A stretch of DNA of 63,971 nt from Negaprion brevirostris (Eukaryota): NCBI GenBank assembly GCA_030324005.1, contig JARDVH010000124.1, positions 33,397,173-33,461,143 on the forward strand, in the 5' to 3' direction. The notes beneath the pieces are model-generated. The model saw nothing but the letters and a program-made list of their open reading frames with translations, ran no database searches and had not been told where the DNA came from. The translations under genes were made by a program, and so were the position numbers. Of the stretch, positions 49,712-62,838 are shown piece by piece. Position 1 is the first letter of the stretch. Each line of letters starts with the position of its first letter.

Positions 49712-50812
49712 GGATCTCAGCCCCCTACTATACTCCTTATACACCTATGATTGTGCGGTCAAATTCCCCTCCAACTCGATTTTCAAGTTTGCTTCCGACA
49801 TCACCCTAGCAGGTCTGATCTCAAACAATGACGAGACAGAGTACGGGAATGAAGTAGAGAATCTGGTAAACTGGTGTGGCAACAATAATCTCTCTCTCAA
49901 TGTCAACAAAATGAAAGAGATGGTTATTGAATTCAGGAAGCATAAAGGAGAACATACTCTGCTACATCAATGGGGACGAAGTAGAAAAGGTCGAGAACTT
50001 CAAGTTTCTGGTGTCCCGATCACCAACAACCTGTCCTGGACCCCCCCCCATGCCGACATTATAGTTAAGAAAGCACACCAACACCTCTACTTTGTCAAAC
50101 AACTAAGGAAATTAAGAACATAATAAGAGCAGAAGAAATAGGAGCAGGAGTAGGCCATCTAGCCCTTCGAGCCTGCCGCGCCATTCCATAAGATCATGGC
50201 TGATCTGAAGCAGATCAGTTCCACATTCCCGCTTTCTCCCCATAACCCTTAATTNNNNNNNNNNNNNNNNNNNNNNNNNNNNNNNNNNNNNNNNNNNNNN
50301 NNNNNNNNNNNNNNNNNNNNNNNNNNNNNNNNNNNNNNNNNNNNNNNNNNNNNNATTATCTTATATGTCTCTATAAGATCCCCCCTCATCCTTCTAAACT
50401 CCAACGAGTACAGACCCAGGTTGTGAATGTAGCCCAATCCATCACACAAACCAATGTCCCATCCTTTGACTCTCTACACATCCTGATGCCTTGGCAAAGC
50501 AGCCATTATAATTAAGGACCTCACGCACTCCAGACATTCTCTTTTCCACCTTCTCCTTTTGGGAAAAAGATACAAAAGTCTGAGGACACGTACAAACCGA
50601 CTCAAGAAAAGCTTCTTCTCTGCTGCTGTCAGACTTTTGAATGGACTTAACTTGCATTAGGTTGATCTTTCTCTACATCTTAGCTATGGCTGTAACACTA
50701 CATTCTGCATTCTCTTGTTTCCTTCTCTATGAACAATATACTTTGTCTGTTTAGTGCGCAGGAAACAATACTTTGCACTGTATGATAATATGTGACAATA
50801 ATAATTCAAACC
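49712..50812 (+). mobile_element. Rex1/Babar-type LINE (RT C-terminal part plus 3' tail) with nested CR1 tail (-) at ~50113-50420
   Basis: LSPLLYSLYTYDC...IFKFASDITLAGLISNNDETEY...WCGNNNLSLNVNKMKEMVIEFRK is a Rex1-type RT with its catalytic motif mutated; frameshifted downstream. Confidence 0.85.
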
Positions 50813-51329
50813 AAGGAACTTTAGGAGAAACCAGAGATTCCCATTTGTATTGACTATATTCATTTGACTTTTGAGTAAAATATCCTCAAAGTTAACATGA
50901 TGCCAATCCCCTGATGCTCAGGCTGGTTGAGGCCATGACAGCAAACCACATAGACCCTGTGATTTGTCCCCACTCTGTCCTGAGTTAACAGATTTCAGTC
51001 AGTGCATCAGTAAAGACAATACCACAGGCTTCAGCACTCCCATTCATTGTCATTGATGCATGGTAGAACAATCTGAGTGTTGTATAAATGTCCTTCCTTC
51101 ATTTCAATTTCCTTATTTCCTCCTGAGAGGATGTGGAATTCCACCCACCAAAGAAAGTCAACACCTACGGGAAAGAATAAGGGCAGTGGAGAAGAAAGGA
51201 ATGGGCAGGAAAATGTAAAACAATAAGTTACTGATCCAAATTTTTAAAAAAGCAAGATAAGTACTCTGTTTAAAAGAAACACAGTTGTTTGTGTAATGNN
51301 NNNNNNNNNTGAATGAGAATTAATTTTCG

Positions 51330-51650
51330 TGGGTGGCACAGTGGTTAACACTGCTGCCTCAAAGCACCAGGGACCCAGGTTCAATTCCGGCCTTGGGTCA
51401 CTATCTTTATGGAGTTTGCATGTTCTCCCTGTGTCTGCATGGGTTTCCTCCAGATGCTCTAGTTTCCTCCCATAGTCCAAAGATGTGCAGGCTAGGCTGA
51501 TTGGCCCTGCTAAAACTGACCCTAATGTCAGGGGGATTAGCAGGGTAAATGTGTGAGATTACGGGAATAGGGCCTGGGTGGGATTGTGGTTGATACAGAC
51601 TAGATGGGCCGAATGGCTTCCTCCTGTACTGTAGGGATTCTATGATTCTA
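51330..51650 (+). mobile_element. HE1-type V-SINE, type A, near full length
   Basis: A/B boxes, V-domain and tail CTGTAGGGATTCTATGATTCTA. Confidence 0.88.
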
Positions 51651-53089
51651 CTTACCAGAATAATTACTTTAATACAAAACCTTTCTGACTTTTTAAATTT
51701 ATTTTATATGCTCTCTTGATCTGACAGTCTGCAAGATACAGAAAACAAGCATATCATCTGTTTAAAGGTTTCTGTGACTGTTTCTGCGACCAGTGTCTTG
51801 AATGTAGTTGAAAGCAGTTATTGTTGTTTCTGTAGGTTGTCAACATATGGAAAAATGATTTTGTCATTACTTCATGCAACCGTCTTACAGATGTGCAGGG
51901 AGCATGAGTTCACTATGTATCAATCTCGGTGGCACAGTCCTAGCACCCAACCACCCTGCTGTGCCAGCGAGCTATTTGTACCAGTTTTAAAAATTGCTAA
52001 AAATCCTAGTGCGAGTGCTGCAATAAATATTTTAATATTCAATGAATCTGTTCTAAAAAGACTTAATCAATCAAGCTGAAACCATATTTCACAGCTAGAA
52101 ACAATCAATGATTGCTGTTTCCAAACGTACCAACCAAGTTTCATTTTAACATGATTGTTAGCCCATTTGAAATGATTGTGTTGAATCGTGCACAAAGCAA
52201 TGTCATACAGATGCATTAATCAGTGTACTAACGGAAAGCATCTAAGTCCCAAGGTAAAGTAAATGATTGAAATTGGCAAGTTACTATTTAATTGCTAAAA
52301 TGTAATTTATTTTGTCTCCTCCTTTTTGATTGGGGCAGTCGTTCTACGTAATATAGCATTATGGGGCCATGCAAATCATAATTGCTGATTTTAAATACAT
52401 TTTAAGCTTAAGTCTCAGTAATATTAGAGAATTTATTATGATGCCATCAGAAGTATAAATTGGGTGAAGGTAAAAATTACATTGAAATATGGCAAAATAA
52501 TTTGACTCGTACAATCATCATTTGACTGTATAAAAACTCATTTGCAAGCACCATTTCTGCACATTTCTATGGGTAAAAACAATCCCATGGAAAAGGAAGG
52601 AAAGTCCAAGGGTTACAGTTCCTCATACAATCTATCATCGCTTTGAATGGAAAACATTCTTCCCACCAATGATAGTGATAAGAGCAAATGATATCTGTTT
52701 GTCTAGTCAAAGCATTCATCTGGTGTATCCTGCACCAGACCTTTTATGTTCTTTTTTAAGTCAAGTGCTTAATGTAACCTTTTATGATTTCAATGATTAT
52801 ATTTAATGAACTTCTACAATTCATTGAGGTCATATAATACAGCAAGGATCTCCTCATAAAAGGCACACTGAGAACCAAATATTATAATAAATAAACATGC
52901 TAGTGTTACAATTAGATAAAATAGCACTCCATTCATATTTGCAATTAGATGTGTTGATTATTTTCCTTTTATTCTAGTTACTGAAACAGTCCACAAGCTG
53001 AATGTAGAAAATTGCATCTTACTTAATGTACGCTTTTAACCCTTGCTATACTTGTTTGAAAACTGAAGGAACTGTGACGTACTTATTAA

Positions 53090-53365
53090 GGAGAGTGAAG
53101 GGCAAGATTTGAAGAAGATGCACAAGGCAGGTTTTTACACAGAGGGTGGTGGCTGCCTGGAATTCGCTGCTGAGAGAGGTAGTGGAAGCAGATACGATAG
53201 TGACATTTAAGGGACGTCGTAACAAATACATAAATAGGATGGGAATAGAGGGATACAGTCCCCCAAAGGTTACGGGGTTTTAATTCAGTCAGGCAACATG
53301 GTTGGTGCAGGCTTGGAGGATTGAAGGGTCTGTTACTGTGTTACTGGGTCTGTTCTATTGTCCTA
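53090..53365 (+). mobile_element. CR1 3' end (younger subfamily)
   Basis: Shares GAGGTAGTGGAAGCAGATACGATAGTGAC with the copy at 7490-7840. Confidence 0.85.
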
Positions 53366-54469
53366 AAGAATGAAGTGTGCAATATTTACGTAGGACTGCT
53401 TTACTGTATTGGCTTAATGCCATTATTGTTGATAGTACTATCATTTCTGCTAACATTTTACTATTTATTGTTTAAGTTCTGAGCACTCAATTTAATTCCA
53501 GCAGCTCTAGTTAGAATTTCCATAATGGCTCCAAGTGTGACCCTGGACTTTACTCCATGAAGGCAAGAAGTTCAATTTTTGGACCCCTTTCAGCAAAGCT
53601 ATAATGAGGAAAAAATTATCCTCAGTTTAAAAATCCAATAAGGGCAGGATTAAATGTCCAAGACTTTCCTTTTCTCCCAGTTTTCCCCAGGGTGAATAGC
53701 CTAACAACTCTCACTCTTGAGACATGCGTTAAAAATGATAGTTTTGATGAGATACCAGAATTGGTGACACATTTGAAATTATATCATAGCAGCTTCACTG
53801 TCTTTAGGAAAAAGACTACGTTAAGCAAAAGGATAGGATGGATAAAGAAAGTGAAAGACAACACCTATCACGCCTGGCACCTGTTTTCTCTTCTAACCAA
53901 TTTAGAATCTTCATATGCATGGCAATTCCAATGTTATTGCAGTGTTACCTGGCATTATCATAACCTCTCAATGAAGCAAGGGTCAACTTACACCCACAAG
54001 AAACTAATTGAATGCACTTAAAAATGAGAATATAGTGAACGTGTAAAAATTCTTAACACCATGGTTTCACCTCCGGAGTTTGAGTTTGTACTAGTCTAAA
54101 GTTTATCTGCTGGCTGCAAGGATCCACTGTCCCTTGCCTGAAATATTATTGAGGTATTCTCAATCTGATTGCGAATGATGCAAGCCCACAGCATAAATCT
54201 CCCCATAATTTAAGATAGTTATCACTAAAATGGCTGTATTACTAAAATAGGTCGTAAGAATGGCTCATGCCTGAAATGGGAAGGTCAGACTGATGCAAAA
54301 GGGAGTATTCTATCATGTTAGGGATTGAAGTATATTTGCAACAAAGCCAGTGAAGTTTTATTGTGCATTTTTTCATGCTGGAACTACCCCAAGAGTGCAA
54401 TGCTTATTTGACACTAGTGGTGCCATCTTGGTCCTCAACACCCCAGTTAATTCCTTCTCTTAACCTCAT

Positions 54470-55310
54470 AGCTGGAAACTACAGGCCAGTTAGCTTAACA
54501 TTTGTCAGGGAAAATGCTAGAAGCTATTATTAATGATGTTATAGCAGGCCAGTTAGATAATTGTAAGGTAATCAGGCAGAAACAACATGGTTTTGTGAGA
54601 GAGAAATCATATTTAACCAAAGAAGCAAGAACTGGTGGATGCACTGTACTTAGATTTCCAGAAGGCATTTGATAAGGTTATTGCGGAAAGTCAAAGCTCA
54701 TGGTGTAGTGGGTAACATATCGGCATAGGTAGAGGATTGGCTAGCTAACAGAAAACCAAGAGTTTGCACAAATGTGTAATTTTCTGGTTGACACGATGTA
54801 ATGAGTGACGTACCACAGGAACCAGTGACTTGGATGAAAAGATTGATGGTATGGTTGTTAAATTTGCTGATGATACAAAGATAGAAAAGTAAGTGCAAAA
54901 AAGGACATAAGGAGTCTACGGAAGGATATAGATAGGTTGAATGAGTGGCAAAGGTCTGACAAATTGAGCATAATGTGAGGTTGTTCATTTTGGCAGGACA
55001 AAGAAAAAACATATTAGCTAAATGTGAGAGATTGCAGAGCTCTGAGATGCAGAGGGATCTGTGTGTCCTAGCACACACATCATAAAAGGTTAGTATGCAG
55101 TTGCAGCAAATAATAAGCAAGCTAATAGAATGTTATCATTTATACCAAGGCAAATTGAATACAAGAGTAAGGAGGTTGTGCCTCAGTTATACAGAGCATT
55201 CGTGAGACTACATCTGGTGCACTGTGTACAGTATTGCTCTACTTATTTAAGGAAAGATGTCCAAAGCATTGGAAGCAGTTCAGAGAAGGTTTTCTAGATG
55301 AATACTTGGA
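54470..55310 (+). mobile_element. CR1 LINE RT fragment
   Basis: NYRPVSLT, YLDFQKAFDKV and KFADDTK motifs with internal deletions. Confidence 0.85.
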
Positions 55311-56399
55311 ATGGACTTCGGGGACACTGCCACCACCCTCTCATTAAAGGGACCATTCCCCAANNNNNNNNNNNNNNNNNNNNNNNNNNNNNNNNNNNNN
55401 NNNNNNNNNNNNNNNNNNNNNNNNNNNNNNNNNNNNNNNNNNNNNNNNNNNNNNNNNNNNNNNNNNNNNNNNNNNNNNNNNNNNNNNNNNNNNNNNNNNN
55501 NNNNNNNNNNNNNNNNNNNNNNNNNNNNNNNNNNNNNNNNNNNNNNNNNNNNNNNNNNNNNNNNNNNNNNNNNNNNNNNNNNNNNNNNNNNNNNNNNNNN
55601 NNNNNNNNNNNNNNNNNNNNNNNNNNNNNNNNNNNNNNNNNNNNNNNNNNNNNNNNNNNNNNNNNNNNNNNNNNNNNNNNNNNNNNNNNNNNNNNNNNNN
55701 NNNNNNNNNNNNNNNNNNNNNNNNNNNNNNNNNNNNNNNNNNNNNNNNNNNNNNNNNNNNNNNNNNNNNNNNNNNNNNNNNNNNNNNNNNNNNNNNNNNN
55801 NNNNNNNNNNNNNNNNNNNNNNNNNNNNNNNNNNNNNNNNNNNNNNNNNNNNNNNNNNNNNNNNNNNNNNNNNNNNNNNNNNNNNNNNNNNNNNNNNNNN
55901 NNNNNNNNNNNNNNNNNNNNNNNNNNNNNNNNNNNNNNNNNNNNNNNNNNNNNNNNNNNNNNNNNNNNNNNNNNNNNNNNNNNNNNNNNNNNNNNNNNNN
56001 NNNNNNNNNNNNNNNNNNNNNNNNNNNNNNNNNNNNNNNNNNNNNNNNNNNNNNNNNNNNNNNNNNNNNNNNNNNNNNNNNNNNNNNNNNNNNNNNNNNN
56101 NNNNNNNNNNNNNNNNNNNNNNNNNNNNNNNNNNNNNNNNNNNNNNNNNNNNNNNNNNNNNNNNNNNNNNNNNNNNNNNNNNNNNNNNNNNNNNNNNNNN
56201 NNNNNNNNNNNNCCTCCCCCCCGCGCCCCACTTCATGATCCTCCTAATGCCATGTGCCATCAAACTCCACACTCCCTCATTCCCCAGCCCTTTTAGCACT
56301 GCCTCCAGTATGCTGACAGTGTCCACCTGGGCAGTGCTAAGTTGGCACTGCCAGATATGCAGTGCCCAGCCATGACCCTGACCAATGGGGTCTTCAGTG

Positions 56400-58542
56400 C
56401 CCTCTGCATGGGTGTTGAGATTTGTGGTGGTCCGTTGCACGCTGCGCAATCTTGTTATTGTGACGGGCCTCCAGTTTTATGGCAAGAAGCTAAGGAGCAG
56501 GAATGTGAGGAAAAAGAGGAGGAAATGATTATGCAGGAAGGGGAAGAGGGAAGTCAACTTCGCCAGCTGCTTCGCTGACTATCTGTGAAGACCTCAACTA
56601 ATTCCGCTCAAAGTAACCACAACCCAAGCGTTCATTCACCAACAATCCCACATCTTACCCTCATGCTTTCATTGATCATCATAGTGTCTGTTTGTCTACA
56701 AAGCAAAATTAAAAGCTACCACAAAATAAACATCCCAAACCCAATTTATAAATGAAGTTGTTCCAAATGGTGTACAGAAGTTAATTGATCACCCTCCTGC
56801 ATTTCATTAGTTGGCTGTTTTCCATGTGGTTTTGTCTGTTATAATGTTGGTAATGTTACCCCAGCGGCTACAGTCAAGCTGATGAATGGCTTCTGATTTT
56901 TCTTGGAGGAGATTACAGATAGCCTTGGAGGTTGATCTTCAACATTCTTGGGCAGTAAAGCTGGGCTACAGACTGCACTGTCTATGAGTGGGCCACAGCA
57001 GTCTAGTCTGGTTGACTGGTGGCCAACAGCAAGGGCGCTAGCAGAGCAATGGGTATGCATGGGTAAATGTTGTCGTCTTGTGAGAGGACAGCAATTTCAT
57101 GCTCTCTTACCTACTTTGCCACTCCCCAGGGATATGCATCAGCAATCCTGGTGTTCTGGAGAACAAATTGTTGACCCAATGCAATACCCTGACTGGTCTT
57201 ACGTACACTGTATTCCATACAAGATAGCTGCTGCTTGTGCTGCAATGGGAGGTGAGATATTGATGATCAGATGTAGCATCACGGTTGAGTCCACAAGTCT
57301 ACAAATGAAGTTGGCTGTCATTTCCATGTTGGAATCGATTAACTTCAAGATCTGCACAGAGCCTTGAGCCGAGTTGGTGCTAGAATCCTCCAAGTTTCTT
57401 GCTCTTTGCCTCGATTTTTAGCAAATTTCCCAATGCACCAAGCACCTCCTCCTCTGGCACCTGCACTATCTTTACCTCCGCTGCAGCCCACTAGTGCCCA
57501 GAAATTCACCATGTGCGGATCCTGACTCAGTGCTGTTGTCTAAATAGCATACAATGCTCGTGTCTGAGCTCGTGGCTGCCAGTCTGAGATAGGTATGTTT
57601 TCATTATTGTCTTACTGTTTCTCCACTGTCTGACCAGCATGCAATTCCTGGGTATCTGAAAGGGGAAGGGTACAAGGGTGAGGTCATGGTGCAGAGGAGG
57701 AAGAAAGTTAGAACATCACACTTAGACCATCCCACAGCTTGTAAATCAGATGACAGTGCAGCATGAGGATGAGTGAGATGTGAGAAGGCAGATTAGGCAT
57801 GAGGGCATCATCAGTATTTTCAGCTCAGCTGATGCTCACCATTGGGCATCCCAGTAATGACCTGCACATGGTCCTCCAACAGGTATGCCCCACTGATTGT
57901 GCACCACCTTGTCCTCCAAGAAAGAGAGGGAGTGTACCAATGAGTCCATACAATCTCTTTGGGTGAATTGGCTGTTGTGCCTGAATAGCAGGCAGCGTGT
58001 GCAAGCTGTGAGTTGTGGATGTGAACCTTCCCGTAGTGATTGTGCGAGTGTGCAGTGGAACGTGTGAATGTCAGGTATGGCATATGATTGATAGAGATGC
58101 AGTAAATTGTCTGAGTCGAATAATGCAGTTGGTGAGATATGGCATTTGAAGATTCACTTACTGACCTTGACCATTTGTGCCCTGCCATTGTAGCAACAAA
58201 ATCTAGAACCTATAAGTTTGACTTCTGGCATTCACTTCTGCAGCTGTCTGCTCCCACTGCCTTCTGATCATGCGTCCCTTCAGATATAGGGCATCTCTCC
58301 TCCTTTGCAGCTCCTCCACCCAGGCCTCCAGTGCAGCATCTGAAAACCTTGGAGCCTGCTCTCTCCCAAGCTGTGCTATTACTCAATGTTTCACAGATTA
58401 GATTTGGGTCCTGCATGACTGACAGAACCTGATCGAGTCTCAATGTAGTTGCAGACGAACTCTCCAATGCAGCGTAACAATTAATGGGTGCAGTTTAATT
58501 GTGATCCTTCTTCCCATTTTCAGTGACTATCAGATTTAGCCC
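56400..58542. mobile_element. PIF/Harbinger transposon fossil (transposase C-terminal remnant on +, Myb/SANT-like gene on -)
   Basis: Minus 58364-58203 reads REQAPRFSDAALEAWVEELQRRRDALYLKGRMIRRQWEQTAAEVNARSQTYRF*. Plus ~56418-56470 reads RFVVVRCTLRNLVIVTG (CCxLHN-like), followed by an acidic tract. Confidence 0.7.
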
Positions 58543-58581
58543 CTAAATGTTTTGTTGCCTTGTTACAACAGCTTTGTTAAT

Positions 58582-58928
58582 TATAGAATCATAGAAACCC
58601 TACAGTACAGAAAGAGGCCATTCGGCCCATGAGTCTGCACCGACCACAATCCCTCCCAGGCCCTACTGCAATATCCCTACATATTTTACCCACAAATCCC
58701 TCTAACTTACTCATCTCAAGACACTAAGGGGCAATTTTAGCATGGCCAATCAATCTAACCCACACGTTTTTGGACTGTGGGAGGAAACCAGAGCACCCAG
58801 AGGAAACGCACACAGACACAAGGAGAATGTGCAAACTCCACACAGACAGTGACCCAAGCCGGGAATCAAACCCAGGTCACTGGAGCTGTGAAGCAGCAAT
58901 GTTAAACACTGTGCTACCGTGTTGCCCA
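58582..58928 (-). mobile_element. HE1-type V-SINE, type A, full length
   Basis: Reverse-complement homologue of 51330-51650. Confidence 0.88.
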
Positions 58929-59256
58929 TGTTAATGTTTTGCACTTCAAACAAAAATTAACATAAGTAAGGTGCAATTGCAAATCTTCTTTTACAAAAAC
59001 ACTTATGACTGATTGTAGTGCAAATCCATTAAACTGTACCCAAGAGGGGAATATTTACAGAAAGAAACTAACTTTGTACAAGTGGCATGGCCACAAACAG
59101 TAATTTCATTAATTGGATCAAGAGTTACAATGTTCACTGATTTATGTTCACCTCATTATCCACTTTTTTTCATCAATTTCATTTGATCATCTGTCATTTT
59201 CTTCTTCCACCTACAGATAATCTTAAGATAAATCAGAGTTTGTGAGCAATAATTTT

Positions 59257-59321
59257 CAGAACATAAGAACATAAGAAATAGGAGCAGGAGTAGGCCATCC
59301 AGCCCCTCGAGCCTGCCCCAC
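59257..59321 (-). mobile_element. CR1 extreme 3' tail running into a gap
   Basis: AGAACATAAGAACATAAGAAATAGGAGCAGGAGTAGGCCATC, as at 50113-50180. Confidence 0.75.
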
Positions 59322-59496
59322 NNNNNNNNNNNNNNNNNNNNNNNNNNNNNNNNNNNNNNNNNNNNNNNNNNNNNNNNNNNNNNNNNNNNNNNNNNNNNNN
59401 NNNNNNNNNNNNNNNNNNNNNGATCAGTTTAGGTGGTGATTGCACAGGACCTTACCAATATTTAGTGCTTGCTTCTAGTGCCTGTCAATGTACAAG

Positions 59497-59792
59497 ATGG
59501 TGGCACTGTGGTTAGTATGCTGCCTCTCGGCGCCAGCGGCCCAGGTTTGATTCCCAATTTGGACCACTGCCTATGCCAAGTTTGCATATTCTCCCCATGT
59601 CTACATGGGTTTCCTTCCAGTGCTCCAGTTTCCTCCCACGATCTGAAAGATATGCTGATTAGGTATATTGGCCATGCTAAATTCTCCCTCAATGGACCCA
59701 AAGAGCCACCGGAGTCTTGTGCCAGGGGATTTTCACAGTAACCTCATTGCAGTGTTAATGTAAGTCTACTTGTAACACTAATAAATAAACTT
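59497..59792 (+). mobile_element. V-SINE type B
   Basis: Head, V-domain and type B tail ending AATAAATAAACTT. Confidence 0.85.
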
Positions 59793-61401
59793 CAAGATGG
59801 ATAAAATCAGCAGACATGCTGAAAGCAGAAAAAACTAAATCAGAGACGCATCTGGGTTTGTAGTGGGGATCTGAGTAATAACTACTGCTGAACAACAAAT
59901 CTGTCCTTGAAAAACTAACTTTATATTTGTACAGTCTTGCTAAATATGTGTTGTGATTAATTATGAATTTTTTAAAATTATTTTAAAATATTTTTAAAGC
60001 CATTTTCAGAATATTTTGACTTTTGCCTTCACCCCATATGCATAGCCTAATCTTCTCCGCATAACTTTAACAAGTAATTTTATTTTTGTTCTTTTCACTT
60101 TCTGTTTGGCTGCCTGTGCAAATTCTTTAATGTGATTGGTTGCTTGGACAGTGTAGGAATGATGTGGAAATATCATAAATTTGTTGCATTTTCAACTTCA
60201 CTAAACACATTCATAAAGATGCAAATCATTTTTTTGTCCTTGCTTTGTGTGAGTTTGAAAATATCACATGGAGGATACAATGAATTTTCAAGGCACATTT
60301 TCAGGGGTTTGAGGATGTTACTTAGATGCATTTTTGTTCCACAACACAAAGTAATGCATTTCTGTGCATGAAATCAATAGAATCGACCAAACCATTGTGT
60401 TTTATTCTTACACTGGAAATGTAAATCATAGTGTTTTGAAATTGAGACAATACTGTAAGCGCTGGTTTCCAATGATACGTTAAATGCACTCCACCACTCT
60501 TTATAGGCAAAACGAAAGTATACAAATGTTCAAACTGTCACCACAAAACTTATAGTTCCTTCATTATAAAAATAATGTAATGCCATTCAATGATCGTAGT
60601 GAGCAAATTTGGGAGATTAAAATATTCCTCCATCCTCTGAGTTTTACTGCATTCAGTTTCATGACAAGGAATTTCCAGATATATATACTCAGTTGCATTT
60701 TGCAAATCTAATCTCTCTCCCGTCTGAGCCTTAGCATTCAGAACACATGGTAAAGCCTTAAGAAAGCATAGAAGGAGAAGAAAAACATTCATCCCACCAA
60801 ACCCATACCTTCTAAAAACTAAATAAACCAGCTGTCAAGAATCCTACTTAATTCATTTCACATTTACTCACTAACTCCAAAAGATGAATCATACAAAACT
60901 TCATAATAATTATCAAACCTTAATTGGATCTCATTTGTTGTATGACATCGAGCTGTGTTTGTAATGATTTCAATATCCATTTGGAAAATTAACATCTGAA
61001 ATTTGCCAAAATGTCCAAACTTTGTCAGAGAGGCTAGCATTTCATTAAGCACCTTTCATGAAGAAAAGGCTTCCCAAAGCATTTGACAGCCAGTGAATTA
61101 TTTTTGAAGTGTTGTTACTGGCGAAATGTAGAAGGCTGATTGGTTGAATGGGACCAACCTCAAATCTTAGAACAAGCTTGAAATCAGTACCAAATGTGCA
61201 TAAATGCATCATTTCTGAATCCAGGATATGTAAAGCATAGCTGCTACCTTTACAGCTACTGCTGTGGTTGGTTCACATGCCAATGGTAACAAGTTTTACT
61301 TCATTCATGAAAATCATCTGAATTTAAAATATCCTGCACATATGCAAAATGATACATGTTCTTCCACACCTAATGCATTTACAAAACATATAAAGCATGG
61401 A

Positions 61402-61444
61402 TGAACATGTCATTCTGCTGAACATGTCATTCTGCTTAACATGT
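61402..61444. repeat. 17-bp tandem repeat, ~2.5 copies
   Basis: TGAACATGTCATTCTGC TGAACATGTCATTCTGC TTAACATGT. Confidence 0.88.
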
Positions 61445-62559
61445 ACTTCAGCTACTCTGTGTGGTGTGATCAAGGTAAATGACTGGTACAAGCAGATGAA
61501 AGTGTAGGGACAATGGGAGAGGGTTTTTCTAGCAGCCAGCTCTTAAAACTGATCCAGGACCAATGAGTTGATTGCCTAAAACTAATCAGAACGTAATAAT
61601 GTGCTTGCAATGCCAAATTCCGATGCCAATTCCAAATACTCAATGAAATGTGTTTACATTGCAAAAGCCAACTTTACCATAAATATCCTTTTGACAAAGC
61701 TGAAATGTTCACGTGGGGCCGTATTTCAAATACTAATATCACACCTGCACTGCAGACACCAATATCACAACTATCTCACTCATTCTCAAGCCTTCAGTCC
61801 AGAAATTCAATTTGTAGAACATAGAGCGGCAGCATACATCTCCTATGTAGCACATAAGGTGGCAGTAAACCAAGGAGCTGCTGATGGTGGCGGTGGGGGG
61901 GTGGATGGGCGAGAGTAATTGAGGCACAAGAAGCTTTGAGAGTATTGAAACTCCTAGTCTGTGTTAGGTGTGAAATGAACCACATTGGAAGAGTAAAATT
62001 GTGCTGTCCATTTGCTGTTTTATATTTATCCATGCCTCTTCTGTTTGCCAAAATATTTATTTGCAGTAACTGTCTAATTGCAAATTCATTATGATTTTAA
62101 AAATGATCATTTAGATAATTGTACATTTGTCTTCCAAACCTTAAAGTAATGTGGTGGCCTGCTTGATTGGTATTTTACAATATTGTTTAACGTTATTGCT
62201 TGATCATTCAAGCTGTTTTTTCCAAAACAGGGTTTTCTTGTAGTTCTGGTCAATGCATATAATCAGTAAGCATTTAAGTTAACAAGCAATATTCCATAGT
62301 TCAGATGAGCGTAACTGTTTTTAAACATAAGGTATAGAAATAGATGTTACCCTGTCATATTGAAGCACTATTAAACTGCCAATTTGTCAATGAATTAAAA
62401 ATATTTTATAGAATCCAGGTGCTCTCTGCATCCAGTCGCATCTACTTGCATGCAAATGACAAACAGATGTAGAATGGTTGACCAAGGTTGTATCCAAAAT
62501 TACACATAATATAGATGCTTGAAATTAATGTTTCATTTTGCTGCTGGTTGTTAGTTTTT

Positions 62560-62838
62560 AAAGTTTATTTATTTGTCACAAGTAAGGCTTACATTAACAT
62601 TGCAATAAAGTTACTGTGAAATTCCTCTAGTCGCCACAATCCGGCGCCTAATGGGATCAATGAACCTAACCAGCACGTCTTTCAGAATGTGGGAGGAAAC
62701 CGGAGCACCTGGAGGAAACCCACGTAGACACAGGAAGAACGTGGAAACTCCCCGTGGACAGTGACCTTAGCCAGGAATCGAACCTGGGTCCCTGGTGCTG
62801 TGAAGAAGCAGTGCTAGCCACTGTGCCACCATGCCACC
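62560..62838 (-). mobile_element. V-SINE type B
   Basis: Reverse-complement homologue of 38908-39182. Confidence 0.85.

Noticed and set aside
49662-50123. 153-aa ORF with RT similarity as an active or domesticated gene
   Set aside because: Catalytic ADD is mutated to ASD, the frame shifts, the 5' end is truncated and a CR1 tail interrupts it.
51330-51400. A/B boxes in SINE heads as tRNA genes
   Set aside because: They continue directly into V-domains and lack acceptor stems.
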